In this document: positions 35,998 through 48,742 of the stretch, piece after piece
How positions within the stretch are numbered: the first letter of the stretch is position 1
Layout of the letters: every line of letters begins with the position of its first letter
Assembly: GCA_027923505.1 (NCBI GenBank)
Contig: BROI01000005.1
Location: 868,001 to 932,000, forward strand
Origin: Mayamaea pseudoterrestris
Lineage: Eukaryota
Direction: 5' to 3'
Length of the DNA: 64,000 nucleotides
Translations under genes and position numbers: made by a program
Notes under the pieces: model-generated
The model's input: the letters and a program-made list of their open reading frames with translations, nothing else
Databases searched by the model: none
Told to the model about the DNA's origin: nothing

Positions 35998-37024
35998 GAT
36001 TGCAACGCATTGTGATCATCAGAAGACCTTAAAGGTCAAACTCTAGGGTGTCAACTTCCAGGGAGGTCGACCGGATGATCGAATGCATTCGTCGTCCAAG
36101 ATTTTCGAGGCCGATCGATGAACAATGTCGCATGTCACGTTTAGGAGTCCCGTGTGAGTACCGATGACTGCATATGACTTTTGATCGTTGGCATAGTTGG
36201 CATTGACGAATGAAAACACTTTTGATTGCATTGTCAAATTGTCATACGAGTTCGTCACAGAATCACCATGGCGAAAGGAAACCGCTGTAATGCCAACTGC
36301 TACAATCGTTTATATACAGGTACTGTCGTAAAACTGGGTAACGATACAACATGAAGATGTCGCAAACGTAAGTGCATGGAAGGTGTCCGGAGAAAACCAG
36401 TCGCAAAATTACGCGAAGACCATCACATGCCGCACAACTTGGTGCGGGCTCGGCTCAGCCATCGGACGCGCAGCATCAGCACAAATGTCTTGCAGATTGT
36501 TCTCAAAGAGTTCAAATTCAATTAGTATTCCCCCTCGCACTGGCAGGTCAGTATGGTGATCGTTCTTGCAGTTGCGCTCATTGTCGACGTCGTGCACGTC
36601 GAACGGTCGGACGGCGAATGTATGACGAGGCATGAGGCACCGGTCCCATTAGGGGACTATATATTGATTTCATCAGAGGTTCTATTGCCTAAATAAAGAA
36701 TGTTCAGCATTTACTGTTAAGTCAGGTTTGAGGCTCTGTTGGTAATTGCGAGATGACATGACTGGTGACTGACAGTTGCATGCATAGTTGCATAGCAGAC
36801 GAGTGAAATGCAGACGGGCTTCCCGGCCAAACAAATTTTGTTTTAGTTAATAGTGTAAGCGGTTAGAAAACGTCCTGTCGGTTACTATTCTGCGCACACC
36901 ATGTCCGAACTCATACGCAATCACATCGACAAATTTGGAATCGTAATTAGCCGACATGCGTGTACAGTGTCATCGTATGACAACTATCAGTTTATAGCAC
37001 GGATATGACCACAAGACGTTAATG

Positions 37025-40000
37025 TCAATCGCTGTCATAATCGCCCCAATCGCCAGCGACAGCAAACGATTCGTCCGACGATGGTGCACCAACCTCCATG
37101 GCCACAAATTCATCCATTACGACAAGCTTATTTTCCTCGTCGCCATAGGGACGTTCATGAAACCCTTTCACAGTTAACACATTCATGTTCCCGTCAATAC
37201 GATTTATGTCATTATTCGGTACATAGGAAGGAGTTGGCCAGTTGTGCGTGGCCGCCAAGCGATTGAGCGTCCGCATTGCTTTGGTTGCAACCTGACGCAA
37301 TCCAGTGATACGAACATCCTGACGCTCCAGCTTCTGGAAAAAATCGCAAAGGCTAGTCACTCGGCCGACGATGTTCGCGGCAATGCCATATAGAAGTTCC
37401 CTCAATTGAGCAAGAGCAGTACTACCTTGTATGGTTTTTGAAAGAGAAGCAACATTCAGTCCACGCCACTCGATGCACCGTTTCACCACGGAAACTCCAG
37501 CAAGAACCGCGCGATGGGATGCTTGGCAGACTGCAGTAGCACATCTGGGAGAAAAGGCGTGACAGCTATCGCAATATACGTCGAGCAGCTGCTTGAATAA
37601 AGTGGCAGATGAAAGATAGTGCCAAAAGGGCCTTTCATCGTAACCATGTATATCCATTGACGCTATTGCCCAGACAGTAAGGTCAAGAGCAACCTTTAGC
37701 ACTCCGGCGCATGTCCCGTGAGTAAGAAAAGGAATCGCCGGTGGCGGCGGTAACGCCTCCTTTTTGACAGCATTTCGCTTGAGACCGCCCTGTCTGACAA
37801 TGCTTATCATTGAACGTTTCGCACAAAGCGCCAACTCCCCCAACAGGTAGTTCATATGCCTCAGGTAGTGAGAAATTCGTTGCAACAACAAGAGTAAGCC
37901 GAAATGCTGTATCAGCCGCTTGTTGCTGGCCATGAAACTATCTTCAGCTGTCAAAGCCACCAAATGCTCATCCAACTGGAGCTTTAACTTTCTTCCTTCT
38001 ACATCTGTCCATTCATAACGTCTCACACGGAAATGAGACATGATAGTTGGCTCCACAAAGTCATAAGAGTGATTCTGTTCACCGACGTAGATCGTATGAA
38101 GGGATGCCCAGCTTAAGCCAATGACGTCGTCGGCGGTTGAGTCAGCGCAGTGGGGCATCATCGCCGCCGTCAGTATGTCCAGAATATAAGTTGCAACATG
38201 CTCATTGTCGGTAATTTTAAGCCACTGAATTGCCAGTGGCATGACCTTGAATTTGCTGGCATTTGCGTATGGGTCGTCGTCGTTCAAGAAGGCGAGCACA
38301 AGGCGAAGATACGAAAGAGTCAGCGAGACTACTTGCAAAACAACATCTGGAAATTCTCGCATAGGCTTTATAGCTGTTTGTAGTCGTAGCGTTGGGAGGA
38401 TCTGCACGAGCCTTTGACTAGATTCCGCACATTGAGCAAGCTCAACGCTTTTCTGGTCGCCTGGTCCGTTGCGCTGCAGCCAGATAACGAGCGAACAGAC
38501 CATTGTCGTTCTAAATTCAACCAGAGCTCGGTCAGGTCCATCTTTAAATTTTTTGATGTCGGCGAATGAACGTAACATCTCCGTTTCGTCGTCTGCGTCA
38601 ATGACGCAGGCCCATAATACTCGCCGTGGAAGTCGCTCCTTATCGAAGAAAATTGCCGTGTCCAGAATCTTGAGATACCTGATCAAGCATGCAAGATTTT
38701 CGAGAGCAAAGTCTTTAACAGTTGGCATGATAGGCCGAGCTCGCGCCTTGCCGCTTGGGGATTTCTCGTCCGAGAAATTGTTGTTCAGGACGTCTTGTGA
38801 TATTTTAGCAAGATCGGAAACAGCACCAAGCCGCCGACGCATGTCAAATAATTTCCAAACTTGCAGTGACAGTAGTCTCTGACGAACCCTATTGCTATCG
38901 TGGTTATCATTGAATTGCCACGCGTGGCTGTCGTCAAACGCATTCTTTAAAACTGCAGCCGTTAAAGCTGCAGCAATCAACAGAGAGTGCGAATATCGCA
39001 GAAGCGAGTCCACCAGAGCAACGAGGTCGCTTTCACATAGCACCGTGCGTGATGAGTTCCAAGCCACTCTAAGATCTACCTCAAATAGCGACTGCTCGTT
39101 GAATCGCATAAATTTGCGTCCAAGAGCGTCAATAACACCGGGAAACTGAGGATCCGAAAAAGCTATGCCAGCGAGTAACCAACCGTCGAATCTCCAGTTC
39201 TTTGAAGTATTTGTCCGTCCAAGTTGCAGATACAAGTCTAAGAGGTCAAACATCCAAAGGACGGCTGGTTTGGAATCGTAAACATTAATGCTAATCGCAC
39301 GACGCATGTAATAAGCCACACAAAATTCAATTGACTTGACTGGCTTCTCGGATGCTTTAATCTTGAGAAACCCCGGAAAATGTGTATACGCTGCCACAGA
39401 AGGCCTTTGATCAAGATCACGTCTTTGGACAAGCCCTGTATTTGCGAGTATCACTTTCAAGGCCTGAAACATGGTATGTCTTGCCGTAGGGTACTTTTCG
39501 ATCCATTCCCGGATAAATTCTATACCAGCAGCGCCAACCCTCGGGTCCACCATGCATCGCGTTTTCGGCAACATCAATGTCAATACCCATTCATTAACGC
39601 GTTCCTGTTCCTCGGGTGGAAATTGTGACAGTGCTGCCGGACATCGTATTATTTCCGTGGCCAGAGAAATGGCTCGAACAGCGAAAGTCGCATCGTAATC
39701 GGTGCTACTAGCTGTACTGCTTGTCACCTTACTGTTAGTCAAAGAGAAGAGCTGCCGCAAGAGCTTGTATAGTGAATTACTTTCACCAGGCAATATTTTG
39801 TCATGCTCGGGCGAATGGATCCGCACAAGCAGCCGACAAAGTTCTTGATAGTGATGGTCATCTGAGGGTGACGACGAGAGCAAATGATCATTCAGGATGG
39901 TTTTGCAAGCACTGAATTCTTCCACGGAGCATTCTGCCAACGTTTCAAGGATGTCGTAGATATTAGTCGAAATTGTTTCGTCGTAATGAGCGCCGCATTG

Positions 40001-41200
40001 GACTGGGTCAATCAAGGCCATCAAAGTTCGTATAACATCCATGCGCACCTCGCGATCCAGCATCAAGTATAACATGATAATCATTTGTCTTGTAATGTCA
40101 ACAATGGATCGGTCGGCAAATTGCGCGGTTCGCGTAATCGTCAAGTGATATGGCAACACGAAGCGCATGAGCGAGTGCGCCAAACGCCGACACATGACAC
40201 CAGTCGTCTTGTCCACAACCTCACCGTGATGACTCGAGCAATCCGACAAATGCAGCACATAGACTTGGAGTGCATGGAAAGGGAACAAGTCACCTCTCAG
40301 CCAAATGTGCATAATGTTTTCGACAGGTTCTGCAAAAGTATCAGGTAGTTCGGAACCGAGCAAGGTCAAGAGTATGACTTCCAGCACAGTGATGATAGTC
40401 CCAGATTCTTCCTGGTTTTTGCCAGCATGCTTGACATACGATTGCGACATCCAAAGCCCAGTTGAAGCGTCTTGAAAGCTTTTGCAAAGTTCATGAGCTA
40501 TCTCGGTCAAAATATCGGACGAATGTCGTGTTGCCTGCATCAAGTGCATTCGCTGTTTGAGAGCCGCCCAAACTGCGGCAATGTGTTCATCCGTCATTAC
40601 CAAGTAAAGTATATTGCGTACGATGGCAATGAGATCCGAACTGCGGGCGGTCACGAGCTGCTCCGTGGCAAAGTCTATCACTTGGTCACGCGTTTCGTCG
40701 CCAAGGTGCATGCGTGTCATTGACTCCAAAAAGGAGAGTAGACTATTCGGCTGCTTTTGAATAGTGTTCTTTAGAAGGATAAAGACTTGATGGACGATTT
40801 GTTCCTCTAGAGGATCTTGATGAGGTGGCATGACTGTTGGCAGACGACTGAGAATAAAATGTAGAATTTCGAATCGTCGAAGTTGCGACGAATTCTGGAG
40901 GACTCTCAGCAAAAGTAGTCGGAGCTGTGGAGTTGCAAAAAGACCAGAATCCACAAATACATCTAGCCAAACTTGTTCATACTGTTCCATTTGTAAATTG
41001 TCTTGTTCAAAGTGCGAGTCCAGCGATATCAGACTGGCAGCAAACGCATCGAGTAGGTGTTGACAAGCAGCATGACGGGCTGCGTCGCTGCATCGTTCGT
41101 CGGATAGAATGGCAAGGTTTTGCGATAACGATTCCTTCAAGTGGGACCAAACGTCGCTTACTGTATCGAAACCGAGCGATTCATTCATTAATCGGTTCAT
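37025..41200 (-). CDS. Large helical protein with a FANCD2-like segment
   Basis: Intronless 1391-aa ORF. The stretch SLLSFLESMTRMHL..DLIAIVRNILYLV..AAVWAALKQRM resembles the FANCD2 N-terminal solenoid; the rest is not recognised. Confidence 0.5.
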   Translation of the reverse strand: MNRLMNESLGFDTVSDVWSHLKESLSQNLAILSDERCSDAARHAACQHLLDAFAASLISLDSHFEQDNLQMEQYEQVWLDVFVDSGLFATPQLRLLLLRVLQNSSQLRRFEILHFILSRLPTVMPPHQDPLEEQIVHQVFILLKNTIQKQPNSLLSFLESMTRMHLGDETRDQVIDFATEQLVTARSSDLIAIVRNILYLVMTDEHIAAVWAALKQRMHLMQATRHSSDILTEIAHELCKSFQDASTGLWMSQSYVKHAGKNQEESGTIITVLEVILLTLLGSELPDTFAEPVENIMHIWLRGDLFPFHALQVYVLHLSDCSSHHGEVVDKTTGVMCRRLAHSLMRFVLPYHLTITRTAQFADRSIVDITRQMIIMLYLMLDREVRMDVIRTLMALIDPVQCGAHYDETISTNIYDILETLAECSVEEFSACKTILNDHLLSSSPSDDHHYQELCRLLVRIHSPEHDKILPGESNSLYKLLRQLFSLTNSKVTSSTASSTDYDATFAVRAISLATEIIRCPAALSQFPPEEQERVNEWVLTLMLPKTRCMVDPRVGAAGIEFIREWIEKYPTARHTMFQALKVILANTGLVQRRDLDQRPSVAAYTHFPGFLKIKASEKPVKSIEFCVAYYMRRAISINVYDSKPAVLWMFDLLDLYLQLGRTNTSKNWRFDGWLLAGIAFSDPQFPGVIDALGRKFMRFNEQSLFEVDLRVAWNSSRTVLCESDLVALVDSLLRYSHSLLIAAALTAAVLKNAFDDSHAWQFNDNHDSNRVRQRLLSLQVWKLFDMRRRLGAVSDLAKISQDVLNNNFSDEKSPSGKARARPIMPTVKDFALENLACLIRYLKILDTAIFFDKERLPRRVLWACVIDADDETEMLRSFADIKKFKDGPDRALVEFRTTMVCSLVIWLQRNGPGDQKSVELAQCAESSQRLVQILPTLRLQTAIKPMREFPDVVLQVVSLTLSYLRLVLAFLNDDDPYANASKFKVMPLAIQWLKITDNEHVATYILDILTAAMMPHCADSTADDVIGLSWASLHTIYVGEQNHSYDFVEPTIMSHFRVRRYEWTDVEGRKLKLQLDEHLVALTAEDSFMASNKRLIQHFGLLLLLQRISHYLRHMNYLLGELALCAKRSMISIVRQGGLKRNAVKKEALPPPPAIPFLTHGTCAGVLKVALDLTVWAIASMDIHGYDERPFWHYLSSATLFKQLLDVYCDSCHAFSPRCATAVCQASHRAVLAGVSVVKRCIEWRGLNVASLSKTIQGSTALAQLRELLYGIAANIVGRVTSLCDFFQKLERQDVRITGLRQVATKAMRTLNRLAATHNWPTPSYVPNNDINRIDGNMNVLTVKGFHERPYGDEENKLVVMDEFVAMEVGAPSSDESFAVAGDWGDYDSD

Positions 41201-41343
41201 GCGTTAGGCGTCACTGCCATGTACAAGTGCAACATGTGATCACTGGTGAAGCAGCATCCATTATCATCTTCGTCGTCCTTGCCGACAGGCGGTCGAAAAT
41301 GAGTTGCGCTCCGACAGTTCTGCAACATGCACGATTGATCTAA

Positions 41344-42424
41344 TTGCGCTGCGACACTTGTAAATTGGTGGATTCGCTCGCATTTCGCATCCTCACCTCG
41401 AACCTCGACGCTGCCGAGGGCGTACGATTAGTTAATGCTTGCGCTATGAACCAGAGCGAACTCGCATATCTGCGACACGATGACGGATGTACGCTACCGC
41501 GTGTTTGGTGCTGTAATTCACAGCTTAGAGAGCTTGTATTATCATTTGCACGAGAATCCGACACTTTGTGACCGAAACTCATGTTTGACTCATTCGCACA
41601 GTCCTTTCGTTCCGTGCCGGTACCACTAGCGGCTGTAGTTATGCGCATGGCCGCGCGACTCCTCGCCATTCACGATTACATTGCATGGACTTTGCATCTT
41701 GCACCTGGCCACCTTTTTGCACGCTACCAGAGCTACTTATCAGCTGCAGAGACACGACAAGAGAATATTCATTTGCTGGATTGATTTGAATTCAATCCCT
41801 GCCCGTATCTGCATCGTTCAACGAGTGAAATGGTGAAATTCTACACGACAACACCGTCGGCGATGACGACAAGACAAAGTCAACAGGTGCGCTAACGCCC
41901 ACTACATCGAAATGAACCAAACTCTCTATACTAAGTCGCTTCTTCATTTATTGCAAAAACGGTTGCTGCATCAAGAAATCAGCAGGAAAGACAACGAACG
42001 ACCAAACGTGTACGCTACAGCTTTGGACGCATTTGCTCTGCGTCTTGTCGATATGCTGCCGACCACCACTGCTATTCCAGCGGATATACTTGCTACTAGA
42101 CGATTTGACTTGATCAATGGACACTGTCATGAGATTTCCGAATGCTGACCATATCTCATAGCGGATGTCTTTGAGTTGAGCCTCGTTGCCTTGGGAGCAG
42201 CCCGTCGCACAGGCGACTTGCTCATGAGCGGCAGCGATGCGAGTGTTTGGATCTTTGCGCAATCGGATCGAGCTCAACGCGAAGTTTATCTCCAAGAGCA
42301 AATATTAACATCTTTATTGCAGGACTCAACTCTCAAGTGGGATACGATGGAAGGGGGCCCGTCGCAAGGTAATTTGTGGTTGTGCAATGTCGACGAAACC
42401 ACCATCGAGTACCGGTATGGGTAA
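41344..42424 (+). pseudogene. Probable degraded gene (protein-like frames interrupted by stops and a frameshift)
   Basis: ORFs 41344-41571 and 41581-41784 share one frame. ORFs 41912-42148 and 42176-42424 share another. Single TGA codons separate each pair. Confidence 0.35.
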
Positions 42425-42770
42425 TGGTTAAGACGCACAAGCTAATATACCGGTAGGGTTAATATTATAGTAGAATGGTATCTGACGAAGCGATTTCTAA
42501 GTAATAGTTTTGGCTCTCTGCTGGTAGCTCCCGCTAGCTATCATGACAAACTTTCAATGTACGCCGTCGTACAGGTACCAATAGACACCGGTACGACATC
42601 AACGATGGGAGTTGGATTTGACCGGGTCATGTTGGATGGGCATCATCATCCAAGAACACACGAGTCAAGCACGATTTGGATCTTTCGATGTGATCGTCAA
42701 TGTGGCCATCCCCACATATCTCGCGACTTGGTCAACCTGGTCAAGTCAGAAACACTACCGACTACAACAT

Positions 42771-43245
42771 CATGGTCGAAATCATTCCTGAATCAAGGCA
42801 GCAGAAACTGGCCCGCAAGTCCGCCAACGCTTGGACCAAGTTTGTCGGCGTATGCATGACTTCGGAAACTCTTGCCAAGATCAAGGCTAAAGAATTGAAA
42901 CTCAAGCATCGGAAGCAGCTCTTTGGCAAGCAGTACTTTGACTTTGTCCAACAAGATGCGCCTCCGGAGACGCTCGAGCGATGTTTTGCGTTGGCTCGCA
43001 CCGATATTGATTCCTTGGAAGCCAAAATTAATCTGCTCAAGGATCGAAAGGCTGCCATTCACTTTCAGGTGAGGAACAAAATGGTGCACAAACCGAATCG
43101 CTGGGATTCAGAACAGTCCTGTGCCAAAATGATGGAGCAGCTAATGACGACGGAGCCTACCGATGTTTACGAAGTATACTACGATGAGGTTGAAACGGAT
43201 TATGTCGCGTACGCCACTCCTGTTACTAAAAAGCTTGTCAAGTAA
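42771..43245 (+). CDS. Hypothetical coiled-coil protein
   Basis: ATG at ~42771, a K/E-rich helical ORF and an AT-rich 3' flank. Confidence 0.55.
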
Positions 43246-43843
43246 TACTGCCACTGCTTGTGCGATGAAAATCAAAGTGGGCCCGTTGATGTTCTTCCTT
43301 TCTTCTCGGCTTTCAATACATATGAACACCTGTACACTGTATTATAATTAATTAATCAACGATCTGGTTACATTCAACTTTTTGCCTTCCAAAAATGACT
43401 AGCAGTGGGAATGGGCCAGCAAATTTGATATCGAGTGTCGTCTTGCTCGGCTGAGCAGATAAAAAGACTATTTGTCGTGAAGCGACTCCCAATTCACGAG
43501 GAGTCTGCAACATTCTTCATTCCACCACTTGCTTCACGAACCGACAAAAGAGGTTACAGACTTCAACTTCTTACGTAGAGTATGACAGGGCCCATGGGAC
43601 GCTACAAAGCAACAAAAATTCATTGTTATCAATCGCAGACTTATTACGCTCCCAGAACCTTGGACAAGGGAGCGCACCTTTCCAGAAAAACTTGCATCTT
43701 AGCATCACGCGTCGCGTGTTGACTCAAGAGTTCTATTACGGTAACCCGACCTTGCGTCTCCTGCTTTGTCTCTGCAGGCGTTGACGCTTTCGCAACATCG
43801 TATGCACTCTGACGAGTATGACATCGAATTCCCCGCGAAGCAG

Positions 43844-44491
43844 TCACTCAATAACCTGTCGGTTCATGCCAAATCGTAGCGTGTACAATCCAGTATCCAG
43901 ATCGTCCCACAAAAAGCAATCGCTTCGATTGATAGCGTTGTTGTTGTTATCATAATGGTCCACGGAAAAACCTCCATCCGATACGAAATCACGAGCCAAG
44001 ATGCCGCCATCAGTCAGGCCAGCTCCTATACGATGAAGCACCAGTTTAAAGGTCAGCGAATTAGAGGACGAGGCCCGACCGTGATCGACATTGAGAACCT
44101 TTAAAATGAAATCTCTCATGCGTCGTTCCAATCTATCTACGTCAACACTGTGAGCTTCTTGGTCCCATTCTGTGTCAGGCGACAAGGCGATGTCTATGGT
44201 GTATCGTTCAAGCTCATGCTCAGCACCATTCGATTCTTGCAAGATAATCAATGCCACTTGAACCATCATCTCGCTGAACAGCGTCTGTACAGTGACAATC
44301 ACCGAGTCTTGAATGTACTTGATTACGCCAGGATGGCGATTTGCAAAGCATTGTACGCCAAAGAACCGAGTCGGCGTGAACGAATTCGCTGGATACACCC
44401 GTCGCTGATACAATATCTGATGAGCACATGTTTCTATTGCTGCGTGAAGCAGCTTCGTCCAACGTTGTTTTAGTGTTGAGGTAGATGACAT
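43844..44491 (-). CDS. REV7: HORMA-domain protein, REV7/MAD2L2-like
   Basis: Motifs IETCAHQILYQRRVYPANSF..RFFGV..RHPGVIKYI, LERYTIDI, LERRMRDFILKV and TFKLVLH. Confidence 0.85.
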   Translation of the reverse strand: MSSTSTLKQRWTKLLHAAIETCAHQILYQRRVYPANSFTPTRFFGVQCFANRHPGVIKYIQDSVIVTVQTLFSEMMVQVALIILQESNGAEHELERYTIDIALSPDTEWDQEAHSVDVDRLERRMRDFILKVLNVDHGRASSSNSLTFKLVLHRIGAGLTDGGILARDFVSDGGFSVDHYDNNNNAINRSDCFLWDDLDTGLYTLRFGMNRQVIE

Positions 44492-44798
44492 TTGCTGCTC
44501 ATCTTTCGGGCCGAAGATTGTGGTTTGCTTGTGTGTTTTCACAAGCAGCAAAAAAATGGCGCGTCGTCGCGGTTTTTGAGTACCGCTGCGTCAGAGTTGA
44601 CGTTTGGGTCTGACTCACGATCAAGCGCGCATTGACGACCACCATTTTTTACTTTTGCACAGATTCGAACGGCACCTTTACCTTGAAACAGGACCTGTTG
44701 TCGTGAAGTGCATTCTAAGTGCAAAGTCAGAAGGCTGGCCATTTATAACGGCCTCGTTTCACAGGGTCATAGGCATCGCCAACACAAAGAAGGAAGCT

Positions 44799-45107
44799 AT
44801 GAGTCGCTTCACTCGACTCGCCGACATTGCTCAACGCGGTGTGGTTGTCGGCCTCATGGGAATGGCGGGTTATCAGTGCTACCAAATTGCCAAGTTTACA
44901 ATGGAGGGACGAGTGCAGAGCCCGTACATGGAATCTACATACTTTAAGGATGTCGAAGAAAAAGTAAAGGAGGAATATCGAAAGGACCAACTCACCGACC
45001 ATCGAGATTGGTACGCGTCAGAGGATGACAGCTATTTGAAGAACCAAGTACGAGCGAACATTACATCGCCGGAGTTTAAGAAGCGATTGGAAGACGAGCG
45101 GAATTGA
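44799..45107 (+). CDS. Small single-TM protein, COX14-like
   Basis: N-terminal RLADIAQRGVVVGLMGMAGY resembles the COX14 pattern; 102 aa. Confidence 0.5.
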   Translation: MSRFTRLADIAQRGVVVGLMGMAGYQCYQIAKFTMEGRVQSPYMESTYFKDVEEKVKEEYRKDQLTDHRDWYASEDDSYLKNQVRANITSPEFKKRLEDERN

Positions 45108-45577
45108 CTCTATTTCATATTAGGACGAACTGGCTGTGACATTGATGTTGAACAGTCAAGACGAAGACGCGTAGCATCATTCATAACGTACATGTAATTT
45201 TGACTCATGGCTTATGAAGATGTTATAAAATGATCGATCGCTCGTAACGTATGTGTCGCGCTGTGTTATAATCTACGTTCGAGAAACAGAAAGGTGTCAC
45301 TACTATCTCCTGATCACGTGCTCGCTCGCCAGCCGCCGAAACGCGAAAACACTATGACAGGAAAACCACGATACTCGTAGATAACATGGTACAAAGTAGA
45401 CTAGCAATTGAACGCAGTGTGCCACATTGTAGAATACTGGCTAGACTCGTTCATTATTAAGCCATATTGCTACTTATTTGCATTCCGCAAAACTGCCTCC
45501 GCTCCGCATCGTAAGAATCGTCATACCCGCGTTAAACAGGCTTTTCTTTCATGTAGTCGCAGGTGCAGACTTACATT

Positions 45578-46960
45578 TTAACTACTGCGCCAGCCAAAGA
45601 GGTTAGCGACAATGATTGTAGTGTCGTCAATGACTTGTTCCTCGTGCATCCACCTGGTAGCGGCTTCCGTGACAAGAACATCCACTGCGTCGGTTGGACT
45701 AGGCTGGCCTTCAACCATTTCAGCACACTCTTGATTGTCCACAAACTCCCAAAGCCCATCCGTCGCAACGACGAGGAAACGGTCAGTGTCTGCGTTGAGC
45801 TCAAACTCGGTGAACTCGGGTTCAGAAATTACACCAGCCGAGTGGGCAACAACGTCTCCCAGGGAACGACTCATCGCAAGTCCAGGAATGTCCATGTGGC
45901 CCAGCCAGACTCGAGGCGGACCGTCTACGCCATCGTCATATTCGACGGCAAACACACGTCCGCCGCAGGCAAGGATGCGTTCCTTTTCTTTGGGGCTGTC
46001 AGGCTTGTGATCAAAGGTAATATCCTGCGCAATCAATGTGCCGCTCTTCTCTTCCTTGCCCAAGATGACTCTCGAATCACCAACGTTGACTCCTGTGACA
46101 GAATTTCCTCGAATAATGGCCATGGAGAGCGTTGTTCCGGAGAATTCCGAATCGATGCGATAATTGCGAAGAAGATTTCGCTCCACCTTGGCAATGGCAT
46201 CAGCTGTCGCCTTCTTGTGGTCATTAACCCAATCTTGATGGTTAAACATTTCCGGAATTAGCTGATCGCGAAAGGTCTGCGAAACACCGTCTCCATGTTC
46301 TCCGTGACCATCCAGAACGCACAGGACCAAGGTATTGGTTTGCGGATCATCTGCCATGATGAGGGAATCCTGATTCTTCTTGCGGGGATTGTAGGGGGCA
46401 TGCCCTTTCTTGGATACGCCAGAGTACTCGGTAACGGCGCATTTGACTAAAGTGACTGGGGCCGCTCGTGCTGGAGGAGGCTTGCTGGAAGGTAGAAGCT
46501 CCTCCGGATCCATAATCTTGGAGTCGGCGCGACCATCGATGTTCTCGGTTGCTCCCGTACTTCCAGTCACGGTTAGACGGCGGCGCATCTTTTGGAAGGG
46601 TTTTCCAATAGCTCCCATCTGCGTTCCAGTTGCAAGAAGAAAGGGACGGGTGAGTCGCAAAACGATGGAGTACGATAGTCGACTTTCCATTCAAAAGGGT
46701 ATCACTTTTAATGCTGCCGCTGCAGACGCACTCATCACGAATCAATTGTGACTTGAGCCTTAATAGCCTATTGTGTTCAATTACAACATGCAGGCATTCA
46801 GGACCTTGACTAAGTCCGATGACTTCGAAGTCATTCTCAATTCTTTCGCCATCTGAATTAGACGTACCACTCCTTTAACTCCTGGCTCCGTCTTTCCCTT
46901 GGAGGGCGGGGGCTCGTCACCATACCCATAGCCATTGTTGGCAGTTTGCGGCGTGCTCAT
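45578..46960 (-). CDS. PP2C/PPM family protein phosphatase; probable exons 46960-46868 and 46618-45578
   Basis: Motifs NQDS, VLDGHG, NVGDSR, DHKPD, GLAMSRSLGD, ATDGLWE and DDTT. Confidence 0.93.
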
Positions 46961-47296
46961 GGTTGAATGATGCGTCTCTTGCTCTCTTCTTTGGCCGAGG
47001 TTGTTGCAGTGTTGATCACTGATGCCTGCAAGGCATCCATATCCATTCGCCTCACGCCTCGTGCCTCGTGCGTCGACGAGAGCTGCGGAGTCGCACAATT
47101 TCAGTCTGTGAAAAGGAGTACTCTGTCGTCGGTAGAAACTTATGCCCTTCTCACACATTCAAGTCACGACTGATGACTAAGAATGACCGCCTTTCCCTTC
47201 TGTCATACCGGTACAAATACGACGTGGAAAATATCGACGCAATCTTCATGTTGTGTCAATGAATCCAGTAGGGTATAGCGACCCTCAACAGTTACC

Positions 47297-48660
47297 ATGC
47301 ACAGCTCTCATGACGACAAAAGCTTGAGAGAAACGTGGCGAAATTTCTTACGCGCCTTGAAATCGCCTCAGCCATTCAACCCCTTTGTTTGGATCTTCAG
47401 CTTCGCGCTGGCGCTGCAAAGAGATTTTTTTCGGCGACTTGGTCTCACGGTTTACACAGACAACTACAAACATCGAGTTCTTCCTATCATACCAATATTC
47501 GCAATCTCATTAGTCGCTATATGTGCGTTGTCTTATCCGCTATCGATCCGATCAGTTGTGAAGGAGCGTTGGTGCCCAAAAGAATGTGGAAGCAGCGCAT
47601 CGCTTCAAAACACACAATCCATCAACAGTAACTACCGAGACACACAATGCCTTTGGATCCATTTTCATGACATTATGATACTATATTTGCCAACCATGAT
47701 TCTTTTTCATTTCATCAATGCTTGTTGCTCGTCGCCTGGAGTCGCATTGGCTAAAAACGCTCCCGACGCATGGATGGCTCACCTTGCGCAGGGAGGTTTC
47801 GTTGGATGGAATATTACTCTTGATCGGGCCGCTGAACGACGGCGCGTCATGTTATACGGACGAATGGTGCTTCAGGCGATGGAAGAACCACATCAATCGA
47901 CTAGTGCACAAGGCTATCATGCCTTTCCCACTCCCTTTGCTTCTTACTGCAAAACGTGTGACATTATTCGACCTCCGAGAGCGCACCACTGCAGCACAAG
48001 TGACCGATGCGTACTACAATATGATCACTTTTGTATCTGGCTGAACAACACTGTCGGTTACAACAACTAGTAAGTTGGGGTGGATGCGTCATTACAACAC
48101 AGCGTCTGCTAACGTTTAACACCTCTTTCGGTCATCACAGTCGGTCTTTCTTTTTGCTGCTTTTCTACGTGATGATTGCATGCTGGTACGGCGTTGCTCT
48201 TCTTTTTCTACCATTTTACGAGCCACTCAAAGCAAGAATAAATGACCATGGTTGGCGTTGGCTATATTCAAATGGAACTGGCCTCCTGAATTTGCCACCA
48301 CTCGCTGAGTTCTTTCGAATGAGTCTATCGGGAACACTGCCAAGTGGAGCGGTCATTGATATCATTTATCCTCTACTGTTTGGAGTTGGCGCAATAATGT
48401 CAGCGTTTTTTGGATACCACGTGAAATATGTATTAATGGCGCGGACAACCCTTGAACATCGTGTCATTCTAGACCGATCGATACATTATTTGTTCCACAC
48501 TGGCTCATCCGGACCGACCCTTGTCAATCCTTTCGACCAAGGCTGGCGAGTAAATCTGTCGCAGGTACTGGGGCCCAACCTTTGGCTCATCTTTTTACCA
48601 GTGACAGTACAAATCCCGCCGCCATTCGTTTTTAAAGGGAGCAAACACAAGCGCAATTAA
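47297..48660 (+). CDS. DHHC-family palmitoyl acyltransferase (DHFC variant); intron 48070-48140
   Basis: [42 protein letters not shown] after splicing, plus TTLE and NPFDQG motifs. Confidence 0.92.
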
Positions 48661-48742
48661 GCGGCACCCGATAATGGTCTGCGCTGCACGAGGGCGCTTG
48701 GTAAAGGCTACCGGTAGTCCTTTTCATGCATCTGTGATATTT

